Shown: positions 14,116 to 24,296 of the stretch, one piece after another
How the letters are laid out: each line of letters begins with the position of its first letter
Position numbering within the stretch: the stretch's first letter is position 1
Assembly: GCA_964553705.1 (NCBI GenBank)
Contig: CAZKKV010000002.1
Span: forward strand, 1 to 42,560
Length of the DNA stretch: 42,560 nt
Source of the DNA: an uncultured Gammaproteobacteria bacterium
Lineage (GTDB): Bacteria; Patescibacteriota; Patescibacteriia; Patescibacteriales; GWC2-42-12
Reading direction: 5' to 3'
Position numbers and translations under genes: made by a program
The notes under the pieces: model-generated
Database searches by the model: none
Seen by the model: the letters and a program-made list of their open reading frames with translations, nothing else
Told to the model about the DNA's origin: nothing

Positions 14116-15303
14116 ATGGCAGAAAAATTTGAACGAACAAAACCCCATGTTAACGTGGGTACAATTGGTCACGTTGATCATGGTAAAACCACTTTAACCG
14201 CAGCAATGTTAGCGGTTTTAGCCAAAAAAGGTTTGAATGCCTCAAGTAAAAACGTTGATCAGATTGATGCGGCTCCAGAAGAAAAGGAGCGTGGTATCAC
14301 TATTGCCACTTGTCATGTTGAATATGAGTCTGAAAAAAGGCATTACGCTCATGTCGATTGTCCAGGTCATGCTGATTATGTAAAGAACATGATTACCGGC
14401 GCCGCTCAAATGGATGGAGCTATTCTAGTGGTAGCGGCAACTGATGGTCCAATGCCTCAGACCAGAGAGCATATTCTTTTAGCCAACCAAGTAGGTGTAC
14501 CTAATATGGTTGTTTTTTTGAATAAGTGCGACATGGTTGAAGACAAAGAATTAATTGATTTAGTAGAAGAAGAAATTAGAGATTTATTAAAGAAATATGA
14601 ATTTGATGGTGACAACACTCCGATTATTCGAGGATCAGCACTAAAAGCGTTGGAAAATCCAGAGGGACCTGACGCAGAACCCATTATGGAATTAGTAAAA
14701 GCTTTGGACGAATCAGTGCCAGAACCAAAAAGAGAAGTTGATCAGCCATATTTAATGCCGATTGAAGACATTTTTTCAATTGAAGGACGAGGTACAGTTG
14801 TGACAGGCAGAATTGAAAGAGGCGTCGTAAAAGTAGGGGAAGAAGTTGAGATTATCGGTTTACGTGATACTCAAAAAACTACTGTTACTGGCGTAGAAAT
14901 GTTCAATAAATCCTTAGACGAAGGACGAGCTGGCGATAATGCTGGTATTCTTTTACGCGGAACCAAGAAAGATGAAGTTGAGAGAGGACAAGTTTTAGCT
15001 AAACCAGGTACAGTTACACCGCATACTGAATTTGAGAGTGAAGTTTATGTTTTAACCAAAGAAGAAGGTGGAAGACATAAACCGTTTTTTAAGGGTTATA
15101 AGCCACAGTTTTACATTAGAACAACTGATGTTACCGGAGAAGTTGAACTGCCAGAAGGTACCGAGATGGTGATGCCTGGAGATACAGCTAACCTAAAAAT
15201 TAAACTTATAGCACCGATCGCTTTAGAAGAAAAAAATAAGTTTGCTATCAGAGAAGGCGGAAGAACTGTAGGTGCTGGTGTAGTAACAAAAATACTTAAG
15301 TAA
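14116..15303 (+). CDS. tuf: Elongation factor Tu
   Basis: [27 protein letters not shown]; 395 aa. Confidence 0.99.
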   Translation: MAEKFERTKPHVNVGTIGHVDHGKTTLTAAMLAVLAKKGLNASSKNVDQIDAAPEEKERGITIATCHVEYESEKRHYAHVDCPGHADYVKNMITGAAQMDGAILVVAATDGPMPQTREHILLANQVGVPNMVVFLNKCDMVEDKELIDLVEEEIRDLLKKYEFDGDNTPIIRGSALKALENPEGPDAEPIMELVKALDESVPEPKREVDQPYLMPIEDIFSIEGRGTVVTGRIERGVVKVGEEVEIIGLRDTQKTTVTGVEMFNKSLDEGRAGDNAGILLRGTKKDEVERGQVLAKPGTVTPHTEFESEVYVLTKEEGGRHKPFFKGYKPQFYIRTTDVTGEVELPEGTEMVMPGDTANLKIKLIAPIALEEKNKFAIREGGRTVGAGVVTKILK

Positions 15304-15305
15304 AG

Positions 15306-15352
15306 ACAGATATAGTCCCGCTTTTTTCTAAAAGCGGGATAAATCTGTTTTT
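15306..15352 (+). terminator. Intrinsic terminator after tuf
   Basis: Compound hairpin ACAGAT..TCCCGCTTTT / AAAAGCGGGA..ATCTGT followed by TTTTT. Confidence 0.7.
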
Positions 15353-15394
15353 AATCAACATTAATATTAAAATAAGAAGTAAATTAACAAATAG

Positions 15395-15763
15395 ATGACT
15401 GAGACCAAAGTTAAACAAGATAATCCAGAAAACAAGCAAAAAGAAAATGATGGCGATTTTAAGCAACGAATTAGAATAAAGATTAAAGCGTTTGATCACA
15501 AGATTATCGACCAGTCGACAAAGACTATTATTGACACAGCTCAGAGAAGTGGCGCTCAAATTTATGGCCCGATACCTTTGCCAGTAGAAAAGAAAAAATA
15601 TACAGTTAATCGCTCAACGTTTGTTCATAAAAAAGCCAAAGATCAATATGAAATGAGAATTCATAAACGATTAGTGGATATAATTGAACCAACAGCTAAA
15701 ACAATAGAAGTTTTATCTAATTTGAATTTACCAGCTGGCGTTGATGTAGAAATAAAAATGTAA
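15395..15763 (+). CDS. rpsJ: 30S ribosomal protein S10 with ~20-aa N-terminal extension
   Basis: [18 protein letters not shown]...; canonical S10 core. Confidence 0.95.
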   Translation: MTETKVKQDNPENKQKENDGDFKQRIRIKIKAFDHKIIDQSTKTIIDTAQRSGAQIYGPIPLPVEKKKYTVNRSTFVHKKAKDQYEMRIHKRLVDIIEPTAKTIEVLSNLNLPAGVDVEIKM

Positions 15764-15809
15764 TTGTTTATTTATTTTGAGTAAAGAGTATATATAATAG
15801 TTGTTAATT

Positions 15810-15849
15810 ATTGTTTCAGAAACTCCCACGGGGATAGTTTTGCAACAAT
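15810..15849 (+). other. Nested stem-loop in the rpsJ-rplC spacer
   Basis: ATTGTT..AAACT CCC ACG GGG AT AGTTT..AACAAT. Confidence 0.45.
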
Positions 15850-15932
15850 AGAGAGCAATAATTGTGAGGTTAATTTCGACAATATAAAACAGTCTAATTA
15901 AATAACTTAACGCTTTGAAAGCGAAGTTTTGG

Positions 15933-15960
15933 CTGGTTTTGTTGAAAACCCAGTTTTTTT
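15933..15960 (+). terminator. Terminator/attenuator-like hairpin 16 nt upstream of rplC
   Basis: CTGGTTTT / AAAACC(C)AG, loop GTTG, followed by T7. Confidence 0.55.
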
Positions 15961-15975
15961 AATTTTAAATAGATT

Positions 15976-16815
15976 ATGAAATTTATTATAGGAAAAAAAT
16001 TAGATATGACTCAGATATGGAAAGGAGATAGGGTTGTAGCGGTTACCAAGGTTCAGGCAGGACCTTGTGTTGTAGTACAGTTAAAAAAAATTGAGACAGA
16101 TGGTTATCAGGCTGTTCAGTTAGGGTATGGAGAAAAAAAGAGTAAAAACATTAATAAGCCACAAAAAGGTCATTATAAAAAAATAAAGGAAAGTAATTCA
16201 GAATTTAATGTTGATTTACGATTTTTGAGAGAGTTTAGAGAAAAAGATACTGAAGTTAACATTGGAGACGTTGTTAAAGTAGATACATTTGAAATAGGAA
16301 ATAAGGTCTCGGCAACAGGTATTTCTAAGGGTCGAGGTTTTCAAGGAGTAGTAAAAAGACATGGTTTTCATGGTCACAATAAGTCGCACGGAACAAAGGA
16401 TCAAGTAAGAATGCCGGGTTCAGCTGGCGCGACTGGACCAGCTCACGTATTTAAAGGAAAAAAAATGCCTGGTCGAATGGGCGCTGACAGAATAACGGTA
16501 AAGAATTTAGAAATTATTGAAGTTGATCAAGCTAACAATATCTTGTTGATTAAAGGGGCAATTCCTGGAGCCAAGAATGGCTTAATCCTAATTTCTGGTG
16601 AAGGTCAGCTGAAGGTTGCAGTAAAGGACGAAAAAGTTAATAAAGTCGAAAAATTCAAAGAAGAATTGCCAGCAGAAAAAAAAGAAGAAATAAAAAGTGA
16701 AAATAAAATAGAAGAGATAAAAGAAAAAAGTGATAAAAAGAAAGATTTAAATCCATCAGATGAAAGTAAGATTAAAAATGAAAAACTAACAACAGAAGAA
16801 GTATTAGAAAAATAA
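15976..16815 (+). CDS. rplC: 50S ribosomal protein L3 with ~70-aa Lys/Glu-rich C-terminal extension
   Basis: IIGKKLDMTQIW...GISKGRGFQGVVKRHGF..; the tail is KVEKFKEELPAEKKEEIKSENK... Confidence 0.97.
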   Translation: MKFIIGKKLDMTQIWKGDRVVAVTKVQAGPCVVVQLKKIETDGYQAVQLGYGEKKSKNINKPQKGHYKKIKESNSEFNVDLRFLREFREKDTEVNIGDVVKVDTFEIGNKVSATGISKGRGFQGVVKRHGFHGHNKSHGTKDQVRMPGSAGATGPAHVFKGKKMPGRMGADRITVKNLEIIEVDQANNILLIKGAIPGAKNGLILISGEGQLKVAVKDEKVNKVEKFKEELPAEKKEEIKSENKIEEIKEKSDKKKDLNPSDESKIKNEKLTTEEVLEK

Positions 16816-16817
16816 AT

Positions 16818-17468
16818 ATGATTAAATATAAAGTTTACAATCAGAATGGCGAATCAGTCGGAGAACAAAAATTATCCGATAGAATTTTTAAGATAAAAAC
16901 AAATTTAACTTTGGTACATCAAGCAGTAGTAACACAGATGGCGAACCAGAGACAGGTATTAGCGCATACAAAAGATAGAAGTGAGGTTCGTGGTGGTGGT
17001 AAAAAACCATGGAGACAAAAAGGAACAGGGCGGGCACGAGTTGGTTCTACGCGATCACCTATTTGGATTGGTGGTGGAGTAACTTTTGGACCGACCAATG
17101 AGAGGAATTTTAAGAAAAAAATAAATTTAAAAATGAAGCAAAAGGCTATCTTTATGGTGTTAAGCGATAAAGTAGAACAAAAGAATCTAGTTATTCTGGA
17201 TAAACTTAATGTGAGTGATTTTAAAACAAGTATTTTTAATAAAATTGTTAAAAACATAGAAGAAAAAATATCAAAAAAAGAAAAGAAGAAAAGAAGTATT
17301 CTGATAATTTCTGACAAGTTGGATGAAAAAAGTAAATATGCGGCCAGAAATTTAATTGGATTAAAATTAATGAATTTAAATAATATAAATATTGTTGATT
17401 TATTAAGATATAGAGATTTAGCAATATCTAAAGAAGTGGTTAAAAAACTAGAAGAAAGATTAAAATAA
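16818..17468 (+). CDS. rplD: 50S ribosomal protein L4
   Basis: ...TKDRSEVRGGGKKPWRQKGTGRARVGSTRSPIWIGGG.. Confidence 0.97.
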   Translation: MIKYKVYNQNGESVGEQKLSDRIFKIKTNLTLVHQAVVTQMANQRQVLAHTKDRSEVRGGGKKPWRQKGTGRARVGSTRSPIWIGGGVTFGPTNERNFKKKINLKMKQKAIFMVLSDKVEQKNLVILDKLNVSDFKTSIFNKIVKNIEEKISKKEKKKRSILIISDKLDEKSKYAARNLIGLKLMNLNNINIVDLLRYRDLAISKEVVKKLEERLK

Positions 17469-17469
17469 T

Positions 17470-17934
17470 ATGGGTTTATTTAGCAGTAAAAAAAATAAAG
17501 ATAATAAAAAAACAGAGGTAAAAGCGCCGTCTAATGTTAGTAGTACTAGTCCAAAAAGCAAAGCAATTGAATTGGACAAGAAAAGCATGAAAGAGTTATA
17601 TGATGATGGCGGAAAAAGTAAGTCAGACAAAAAAAAGGAAAAAAAATACGGAAACGCTTATAGTATATTATTTAGACCACTAGTCACCGAAAAGGTAAGT
17701 AATTTATCGGCTGAAAATAAATATGTATTTGAGGTTACAATATCAGCTAACAAAATAGAAATCGCTAAAGCGATTGAAGAAGTTTATGGAATTAAACCAG
17801 TTAAAGTTAACATAATTAGAGTCAGTGGTAAAAAAACCCGTTATGGGCGGATAGCAGGTAGAAAAAAAGACTGGAAAAAGGCAGTTGTCAGCTTGCCTGC
17901 GGGAAAAACTATTAAAGTTTATGAAGGAGTATAA
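17470..17934 (+). CDS. rplW: 50S ribosomal protein L23 with ~60-aa Lys-rich N-terminal extension
   Basis: The core ...[14 protein letters not shown]...KYVFEV starts near residue 62. The ATG directly abuts the rplD stop. Confidence 0.9.
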   Translation: MGLFSSKKNKDNKKTEVKAPSNVSSTSPKSKAIELDKKSMKELYDDGGKSKSDKKKEKKYGNAYSILFRPLVTEKVSNLSAENKYVFEVTISANKIEIAKAIEEVYGIKPVKVNIIRVSGKKTRYGRIAGRKKDWKKAVVSLPAGKTIKVYEGV

Positions 17935-17939
17935 TTAAT

Positions 17940-18788
17940 ATGGGAATAAGAAAAGTCAAACCAACAACACCAGGAAGACGAGGCGCTAGCTTCGATACAT
18001 TTTCAGATATTACTACAAAAAAACCTGAAAGAAGGTTAATTGTGATTAAAAAAAAGCATGCTGGTAGAAATAATCAGGGTAAAATTACGATTAGACATAG
18101 AGGTGGTGGTTCGAAAAGATTTATCAGATTGATTGATTTTAAACGTGATAAATTCGGTGTGCCTGGTAAGGTAGCCACTATTGAATATGATCCAAATAGA
18201 GGAGCGAGAATTGCTTTGATTAATTATAAGGATGGTGAAAAAAGATATATTATTGCGCCAACTGAATTAAGTGTTGGTCATGAAATTTTAAGCTCTCGTG
18301 AGAAGATTGAAATTACGACAGGTAATGCCATGCCGATTGAAAATATTCCAGCTGGCGTAGCTGTTTATAATATAGAGTTAGAGCCAGGTAAAGGCGGGAA
18401 GATCGCTAGGGCAGCTGGTAATTTAGTGAAAGTTATGGGCGTAGAAGGGAAATATGCTCAGATAAAAATGCCGTCTGGTGAAATTAGATTAATTAAAAAA
18501 GAATGTTTATGTACTATTGGTCAGGTTAGTAATCCCGATAAGAGGCATATTAAAATTGGTAAAGCAGGCAGAAAAAGACATATGGGCATAAAACCGACTG
18601 TTCGTGGTAAAGCAATGAATCCAGTTGATCATCCTCATGGTGGTGGAGAAGGTAATCAGCCAATTGGCTTGAAGCATCCAAAAACTCCTTGGGGTAAACC
18701 AGCGTTAGGAGTTAGAACTAGAAATAAGAAAAAAGGTTCAAGTAAATTAATTATTCAAAGAAGAAAATCTAAAGGTAAAAGAAAATAG
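17940..18788 (+). CDS. rplB: 50S ribosomal protein L2
   Basis: ...RHRGGGSKR...[13 protein letters not shown].. Confidence 0.99.
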   Translation: MGIRKVKPTTPGRRGASFDTFSDITTKKPERRLIVIKKKHAGRNNQGKITIRHRGGGSKRFIRLIDFKRDKFGVPGKVATIEYDPNRGARIALINYKDGEKRYIIAPTELSVGHEILSSREKIEITTGNAMPIENIPAGVAVYNIELEPGKGGKIARAAGNLVKVMGVEGKYAQIKMPSGEIRLIKKECLCTIGQVSNPDKRHIKIGKAGRKRHMGIKPTVRGKAMNPVDHPHGGGEGNQPIGLKHPKTPWGKPALGVRTRNKKKGSSKLIIQRRKSKGKRK

Positions 18789-18803
18789 TTTAAAATAATT
18801 ATT

Positions 18804-19091
18804 ATGTCAAGAAGTTTAAAAAAAGGTCCATACGTAAATCAAAGGATTTTAAACAAAATAAAAGATTTGAAGCCAGGTGACGGCACTGTTATTAAAGTCT
18901 GGGATAGATCGTGTACGGTTACACCGGAAATGGTTGGCTTTACATTTGGAGTTCATAATGGTAGACAACATACACCAGTTTCTGTGGTTGAAAATATGGT
19001 TGGCCATAAATTTGGCGAATTTGCGCCAACTAGAAAATTTGTGAGTCATGGTGGTAAAATAGCCAAAGCTCAGGCCAAAGGTGGCAAATAA
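18804..19091 (+). CDS. rpsS: 30S ribosomal protein S19
   Basis: MSRSLKKGPYV...GFTFGVHNGRQH.PV.V...MVGHKFGEFAPTR. Confidence 0.98.
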   Translation: MSRSLKKGPYVNQRILNKIKDLKPGDGTVIKVWDRSCTVTPEMVGFTFGVHNGRQHTPVSVVENMVGHKFGEFAPTRKFVSHGGKIAKAQAKGGK

Positions 19092-19118
19092 TAATTTGAT
19101 TAATTGCATACAATTCAT

Positions 19119-19700
19119 ATGGAAGTAAGCGCAAGTCTAAAATTTATTCGTATATCACCCCGGAAAATGCGGGTAGTGGCAGATTTGGTTAGAAGTACAA
19201 CTGTTGATAAAGCATTGGCTCAATTGAAATTCATGAACAAAAGAGCAGCTAAGCCGATTGAAAAGATAATCAAATCAGCCGTGGCTAATGCTGAGCATAA
19301 TTTAGAAATTAAACAAGACAATCTGTTTTTAAAGACAATTACGGTAGATGACGGACCGACATTGGATCGCTGGATGCCACGAGCTCACGGTAGAGCTACT
19401 CCAATAAGAAAGAGAACGAGTCATGTCAAGGTAATTTTGTCTGAGATTAAGGAAACTGAGAAGAAAGAGATAAAAAAACAAGAGATAGATGCGCCGGTAA
19501 AATTGGGTAGTCAGCCAAAAAAGGAAAATGAAGTAGAAGTTGATAAATCAGAAACTTCGAAAGAGATTGCTAAAGAAGTAGAAGTAGAAAAAGGCAAAAC
19601 CGTTGAAGACCCGAGGCAAGAAGGACGGGGCGGACATACTAAAATAGAGGGTGGAACAAAAGGTTTTGCCAAGAAGATGTTTAGAAGAAAAAGTGGATAG
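19119..19700 (+). CDS. rplV: 50S ribosomal protein L22 with ~80-aa Lys/Glu-rich C-terminal extension
   Basis: MEVSASLKFIRISPRKMRVVADLVR.. matches the canonical L22 N-terminus, so ATG 19119 is preferred over 19104. Confidence 0.93.
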   Translation: MEVSASLKFIRISPRKMRVVADLVRSTTVDKALAQLKFMNKRAAKPIEKIIKSAVANAEHNLEIKQDNLFLKTITVDDGPTLDRWMPRAHGRATPIRKRTSHVKVILSEIKETEKKEIKKQEIDAPVKLGSQPKKENEVEVDKSETSKEIAKEVEVEKGKTVEDPRQEGRGGHTKIEGGTKGFAKKMFRRKSG

Positions 19701-19729
19701 ATGACTTATAAACAGTAAATTAATATACT

Positions 19730-20425
19730 ATGGGTAAAAAAGTAAATCCAAAAGTTATTCGATTAGGTACCACAAGGACATGGCCGTCCAAATGGTTTGG
19801 TCTTGGTAAAGAATTTATAAACAACACCAAGCAAGACATACAAGTCAGAAAGCATATAATAAAAAAAATGCGTGAAGCTGGCATAGATAGAGTAGAAATA
19901 GAAAGAAGCCGAGGTAAAATAAGTGTTAATATTTTTACAGCTAAGCCAGGTTTAGTTATTGGACGTGGTGGAACAGGAGCTGAAGATGTAAAAAAAGAAT
20001 TACACAAGAAATTTTTGAAAAATTTTAAAATAGCAGATATTAATTTAAGTATTACTGAAGTTGATAGACCTAATTTGAGTGCACAGATAATTATTCAATC
20101 AATGTCTCTGGAAATTGAAAAAAGAGTGCCATTTAGACGGGTAATGAAACAAGCGATAAATAGAGTTGAAAGAGCCGGTGCATTGGGAGTCAAAATTATT
20201 GTCGCGGGTAGACTTAATGGTGCTGAAATTGCTAGATCTGAAATGTTGACATCTGGCAAGGTGCCATTACATACCTTGCGTGCAGATATTGATTACGCGA
20301 GAGGTGTTGCTAGGACTACTTATGGCGCAGTCGGAATTAAGGTGTGGATTTATAAAAAAGATGTTTTTAAAAAAGATAAAGAAGCCGTAAAGGGTGAAAT
20401 AATCGGTGAAAAAAAAGGTAAATAG
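19730..20425 (+). CDS. rpsC: 30S ribosomal protein S3
   Basis: MGKKVNPKVIRLG....W.SKWF; KH domain; GRLNGAEIAR.E. Confidence 0.98.
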   Translation: MGKKVNPKVIRLGTTRTWPSKWFGLGKEFINNTKQDIQVRKHIIKKMREAGIDRVEIERSRGKISVNIFTAKPGLVIGRGGTGAEDVKKELHKKFLKNFKIADINLSITEVDRPNLSAQIIIQSMSLEIEKRVPFRRVMKQAINRVERAGALGVKIIVAGRLNGAEIARSEMLTSGKVPLHTLRADIDYARGVARTTYGAVGIKVWIYKKDVFKKDKEAVKGEIIGEKKGK

Positions 20426-20431
20426 AAAAAT

Positions 20432-20836
20432 ATGTTAATGCCAAAAAAAACAAAGCATAGAAAATCACATAAAGGCAAAAGAGGTGGTAAGGCCACTCGT
20501 TTGACTGAACTTAATTTTGGCAGGGTAGGATTTAAGTGCACACAAGCTCACTGGATAACCGCTCGACAGATAGAGGCTACTCGGCGTGTTATAACCAAGT
20601 ACACCAAGAAGGGTGGAAATATGTGGATAAGAATATTTCCTGATAAACCAGTTACTAAAAAGGGAGGGGAAATACCTATGGGAAAAGGAAAAGGTACAGT
20701 TGATCACTATGTTGTCGTAGTCAAACCAGGAACATTAATGTTTGAGATAGACGGCTTCGATGAAAAAACAGCTAAAGAAGTATTAATTTCAGCGGCCCAT
20801 AAATTACCGATAAAATGTAAATTTGTAAAGAAATAA
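20432..20836 (+). CDS. rplP: 50S ribosomal protein L16
   Basis: MLMPKKTKHRKSHKGKRGG... Confidence 0.98.
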   Translation: MLMPKKTKHRKSHKGKRGGKATRLTELNFGRVGFKCTQAHWITARQIEATRRVITKYTKKGGNMWIRIFPDKPVTKKGGEIPMGKGKGTVDHYVVVVKPGTLMFEIDGFDEKTAKEVLISAAHKLPIKCKFVKK

Positions 20837-20840
20837 TTAT

Positions 20841-21092
20841 ATGGAATTTAAAGAGCTAAAAAATAAAAAAATCACAGATTTACATAAAATATTGGCTGAA
20901 TCGAGAGATAAGCTTAGAGAGCTTAAATTTAAAGATGCAAATAAGCAATTGAAAAATGTTAGAGAGATAAGAGTTATTAGAAAAATAATTTCTCAAATAT
21001 TGACAATTTTAAATATTTCAGACGGAGAAAAAGAAAAAAATGATAATCAGATAAATCAGACTGTGTCGGAAGTAGGAAAAAATAAAGAATAA
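20841..21092 (+). CDS. rpmC: 50S ribosomal protein L29 (with C-terminal extension)
   Basis: Position between L16 and S17. ...ELKNKKITDLHKILAESRDKLRELKFK.. is the L29 helix pattern. Confidence 0.9.
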   Translation: MEFKELKNKKITDLHKILAESRDKLRELKFKDANKQLKNVREIRVIRKIISQILTILNISDGEKEKNDNQINQTVSEVGKNKE

Positions 21093-21097
21093 AATTT

Positions 21098-21406
21098 ATG
21101 ACAAATAACAAAGAACAAACAAAAAAGGAAAATCCAACAAAGAAACGTGTGGATAAAATTAGAAAAAAATTCAGTGGAGTTGTTTCTAGTGACGCTATGG
21201 ATAAAACAATAACAGTAGTTGTTAGTCGGGTAAAAGTGCATCCAAAATATAAAAAACGATATACAGTCACAAAAAAGTATAAAATTCATGATGAGAAAAA
21301 TCAGTGTAAGACAGGAGATAAAATTATGTTTATTGAATGTCGGCCTATCAGTAAGGACAAGAAGTGGCGAGTATTTTATCAAGTCGATAAAAGTAATAAT
21401 AAATAA
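21098..21406 (+). CDS. rpsQ: 30S ribosomal protein S17 (N-terminal extension)
   Basis: ..GVVSSDAMDKTITVVVSRVKVHPKYKKRY..TKKYKIHDE. Confidence 0.95.
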   Translation: MTNNKEQTKKENPTKKRVDKIRKKFSGVVSSDAMDKTITVVVSRVKVHPKYKKRYTVTKKYKIHDEKNQCKTGDKIMFIECRPISKDKKWRVFYQVDKSNNK

Positions 21407-21413
21407 CTAGTAT

Positions 21414-21785
21414 ATGATACAGGTACAGACAATATTAAAAGTAGCAGATAACGCTGGCGCCAAAAGAGTCATGTGTATTAGAGTTTTGGGTGGATATAAA
21501 AGACGATATGCACGTGTTGGTGATATTATTACAGCCTCAGTAAAAGAGGCGGCACCTCATTCGGCTATCAAAAAAGGCGATGTTATTAGAGCTGTGGTTG
21601 TTAGAACAAAAAAGGAGATTGGCAGAACTGACGGCACTTATTTACGTTTTGACGAAAATGCTTGTGTTGTGATTGATAAAGAAAAAAAAGAAATTAAAGG
21701 TACAAGAATTTTTGGTCCGATTGCCAGAGAAGTGAAGCAGGCTGGATATAGTAAAATTGCTTCTCTAGCACCAGAAGTTTTATAA
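21414..21785 (+). CDS. rplN: 50S ribosomal protein L14
   Basis: [23 protein letters not shown]. Confidence 0.99.
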   Translation: MIQVQTILKVADNAGAKRVMCIRVLGGYKRRYARVGDIITASVKEAAPHSAIKKGDVIRAVVVRTKKEIGRTDGTYLRFDENACVVIDKEKKEIKGTRIFGPIAREVKQAGYSKIASLAPEVL

Positions 21786-21826
21786 AAATTGAAGCAAGAA
21801 GTAAAAAACAGTAATATATTATAAAT

Positions 21827-22159
21827 ATGAAAATTAAAAAGGGAGATAAAGTAAAAATATTATCCGGGAAAGACAGAGGTAAGACAGGAAAAGTTTTACA
21901 GATTTTTCCGTCAAGAAATAAGGCCAGTATTGAAGGTTTAAATCTTTTAATTAAACACATGCGACCAAAGAAACAAGGAGAGAAGGGTCAAAGAATTGAG
22001 TTTCCAGCGCCAATGGATTTATCAAATGTAATTTTAGTTTGTCCAAAATGTGGACGGGCGGCAAGAATTGCCTATAAATATTTAGATATTATTAAGGGTA
22101 ATAAAAAAATTAAGAAAAAAACAAGAGTTTGCAAAAAATGCGAACAAATAATTGAATAG
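21827..22159 (+). CDS. rplX: 50S ribosomal protein L24 (Cys4 zinc-ribbon form, as in Thermus)
   Basis: MKIKKGDKVKILSGKDRGKTGKV; CPKCGR...RVCKKC. Confidence 0.96.
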   Translation: MKIKKGDKVKILSGKDRGKTGKVLQIFPSRNKASIEGLNLLIKHMRPKKQGEKGQRIEFPAPMDLSNVILVCPKCGRAARIAYKYLDIIKGNKKIKKKTRVCKKCEQIIE

Positions 22160-22164
22160 TTATT

Positions 22165-22704
22165 ATGAGATTAGAAGAAAAATATAAAAAAGAAATTGTA
22201 CCAGCGCTAAAAGATAAGTTTGGCTATAAAAATACTATTGCTATGCCAAAGTTATCCAAGATTGTGATTAACGTTGGTATTGGTAGACATTCCAAGGAAA
22301 AAGATTACATAGACAATGTGGTGAATAATATTTTAAGATTGTCTGGGCAAAAGCCAGTCTTAACCAAAGCCAAGAAGTCAATTTCCGCCTTTAAGATTAG
22401 AGACGGCATGATCATTGGGGTATCTGTGATTTTAAGAGGCAGGCGAATGTATGATTTTGTTCAAAAATTAGTCAACATTACTTTTCCTCGAGTTAGAGAT
22501 TTTAGAGGAATAAAAATGAGCGGGATTGATAAACAGGGTAATTTATCGATTGGTTTCAAGGAACATATCTCTTTTCCCGAAATTAAAGTGGACGAGGTTG
22601 ATAATATTCACGGTTTAGAGGTTTGTTTGCATACCACAGCCAAAACAAAAGAAGTTGGGTTGGAATTATTCAAATCATTAGGTTTCCCGTTTATTAAAGA
22701 ATAA
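22165..22704 (+). CDS. rplE: 50S ribosomal protein L5
   Basis: Canonical L5 N-terminus and position in the spc cluster. Confidence 0.98.
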   Translation: MRLEEKYKKEIVPALKDKFGYKNTIAMPKLSKIVINVGIGRHSKEKDYIDNVVNNILRLSGQKPVLTKAKKSISAFKIRDGMIIGVSVILRGRRMYDFVQKLVNITFPRVRDFRGIKMSGIDKQGNLSIGFKEHISFPEIKVDEVDNIHGLEVCLHTTAKTKEVGLELFKSLGFPFIKE

Positions 22705-22721
22705 TAAAATAATTTTTAGAT

Positions 22722-22907
22722 ATGGCCAGAAAAGCTTTAATAGCAAAATCAAAAAAAACACCCAAGTTTTCTACGCGTATAGTCAGACGTTGTTGGCGTT
22801 GTGGCAGGAACAAGGGTTATATGAGAGATTTTGGGTTGTGTAGGATATGTTTCAGAGAATTGGCGGAGAATACGGATATCCCGGGAGTGACTAAATCATC
22901 GTGGTAA
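22722..22907 (+). CDS. rpsN: 30S ribosomal protein S14 type Z (zinc-binding, 61 aa)
   Basis: CWRCGRNKGYMRDFGLCRICFRE. Confidence 0.97.
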   Translation: MARKALIAKSKKTPKFSTRIVRRCWRCGRNKGYMRDFGLCRICFRELAENTDIPGVTKSSW

Positions 22908-22946
22908 TTATTAAACAGTTAATATAAAAATAATTTTAGAAAAATT

Positions 22947-23360
22947 ATGAGTGATCCAATTGCAGACATGTTAACAAGAATCAGGAACGCTTCAGCTGTA
23001 AAAAAAGAAGTTATTGTTTTGCCAATGAGTAAGATAAAATATAATCTAGCCAAAATACTAGAGAGAGATGGTTGGATAGATAAAGTTGAAGTGGCAAAAG
23101 TCAATGGAAAGAAGAATAATAGTTTTATGTTTGATGAATTAAACATTGTTTTAAAGTATAATTCTAATGGCAATCCAAAAATTTCTTCACTGAAAAAGAT
23201 TAGCAAGCCAGGCAGAAGAATATATGTTGGTAAAGACGAATTACCCAAAGTATTAAATAATTTAGGTATAGCAATAATTTCAACATCTCAAGGCTTAATG
23301 ACGAATAAAGAAGCCAAAAAATTAGGCGTTGGTGGAGAAGTTATTTGTGAAATTTATTAA
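22947..23360 (+). CDS. rpsH: 30S ribosomal protein S8
   Basis: MSDPIADMLTRIRNA. Confidence 0.98.
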   Translation: MSDPIADMLTRIRNASAVKKEVIVLPMSKIKYNLAKILERDGWIDKVEVAKVNGKKNNSFMFDELNIVLKYNSNGNPKISSLKKISKPGRRIYVGKDELPKVLNNLGIAIISTSQGLMTNKEAKKLGVGGEVICEIY

Positions 23361-23365
23361 TTTAT

Positions 23366-23911
23366 ATGTCAAGATTAGGAAAACTACCAATTGAATTATC
23401 GAATGGGACCCAAGCAAAAATTGAAGGAGATGTTATTATTGTTAGGGGACCAAAAGGTGAGCTAAGTCAAAAATTACATCCTTTTGTCAAGGTTGATATT
23501 GGCGAGAAAGTAATTACTGTTTCTTCTTTGGGAAAAACCAGAAAAGAAGTGGCGTTTTGGGGTCTTTATCGTAGTTTAATAAATAACATGGTCAAGGGAG
23601 TTAATGACGGTTATGAAAAAAAATTAGAAATTAATGGAGTCGGTTATCGAGCGGCAGTTAGCGGGAATAAAGTTGTTTTAAATGTTGGTTTTTCACATCC
23701 GTCAGAGTATCAATTACCCGAAGGAATACAGGCTAGCGTTGAAGGTAATGTTGTTACAATTAATGGAATTGATAAACAGATAGTAGGAGAAGTGGCAGCA
23801 CAAATAAGAAAAATTAGAAAACCAGAACCGTACAAAGGAAAAGGTATTAAATATATTGACGAAATAATTAGGCGAAAAGCTGGAAAAACAGCTGCTAAGG
23901 CAGAAGGTTAA
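23366..23911 (+). CDS. rplF: 50S ribosomal protein L6
   Basis: MSRLGKLPIELS.G; position. Confidence 0.98.
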   Translation: MSRLGKLPIELSNGTQAKIEGDVIIVRGPKGELSQKLHPFVKVDIGEKVITVSSLGKTRKEVAFWGLYRSLINNMVKGVNDGYEKKLEINGVGYRAAVSGNKVVLNVGFSHPSEYQLPEGIQASVEGNVVTINGIDKQIVGEVAAQIRKIRKPEPYKGKGIKYIDEIIRRKAGKTAAKAEG

Positions 23912-23929
23912 ATTGAATAAAATATAGAT

Positions 23930-24277
23930 ATGGAAAAGAAGAAACAAATAAAAAAAATTAGAAGAAAAGCTAAAATTAGAGTTAAGGTTAAGGGCACAGC
24001 CAAGCGTCCGAGATTAAGTGTGTTTAGATCTAACGCTAATATCTATGCGCAAATGATTGATGACGATAAGGGCGTAACGTTGGCTAGCGTTCACAGTAAG
24101 GAGATAAAGTCTGGCGGTAAGAAAACTGAAATTAGTTTTGAGCTGGGAAAAGCTCTTGCTAAAAAAGCTCTTGATAAAAAAATTAAACAAGCTGTTTTTG
24201 ATAGAGGTGGCTATAAGTTTCATGGTCGAGTAAAGGCTGTCGCTGAAGGAGCCAGACAAGGTGGTTTAAAAATATAA
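23930..24277 (+). CDS. rplR: 50S ribosomal protein L18
   Basis: ..[18 protein letters not shown]...[21 protein letters not shown]. Confidence 0.98.
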   Translation: MEKKKQIKKIRRKAKIRVKVKGTAKRPRLSVFRSNANIYAQMIDDDKGVTLASVHSKEIKSGGKKTEISFELGKALAKKALDKKIKQAVFDRGGYKFHGRVKAVAEGARQGGLKI

Positions 24278-24296
24278 TAAAATACAAATATTAAAT

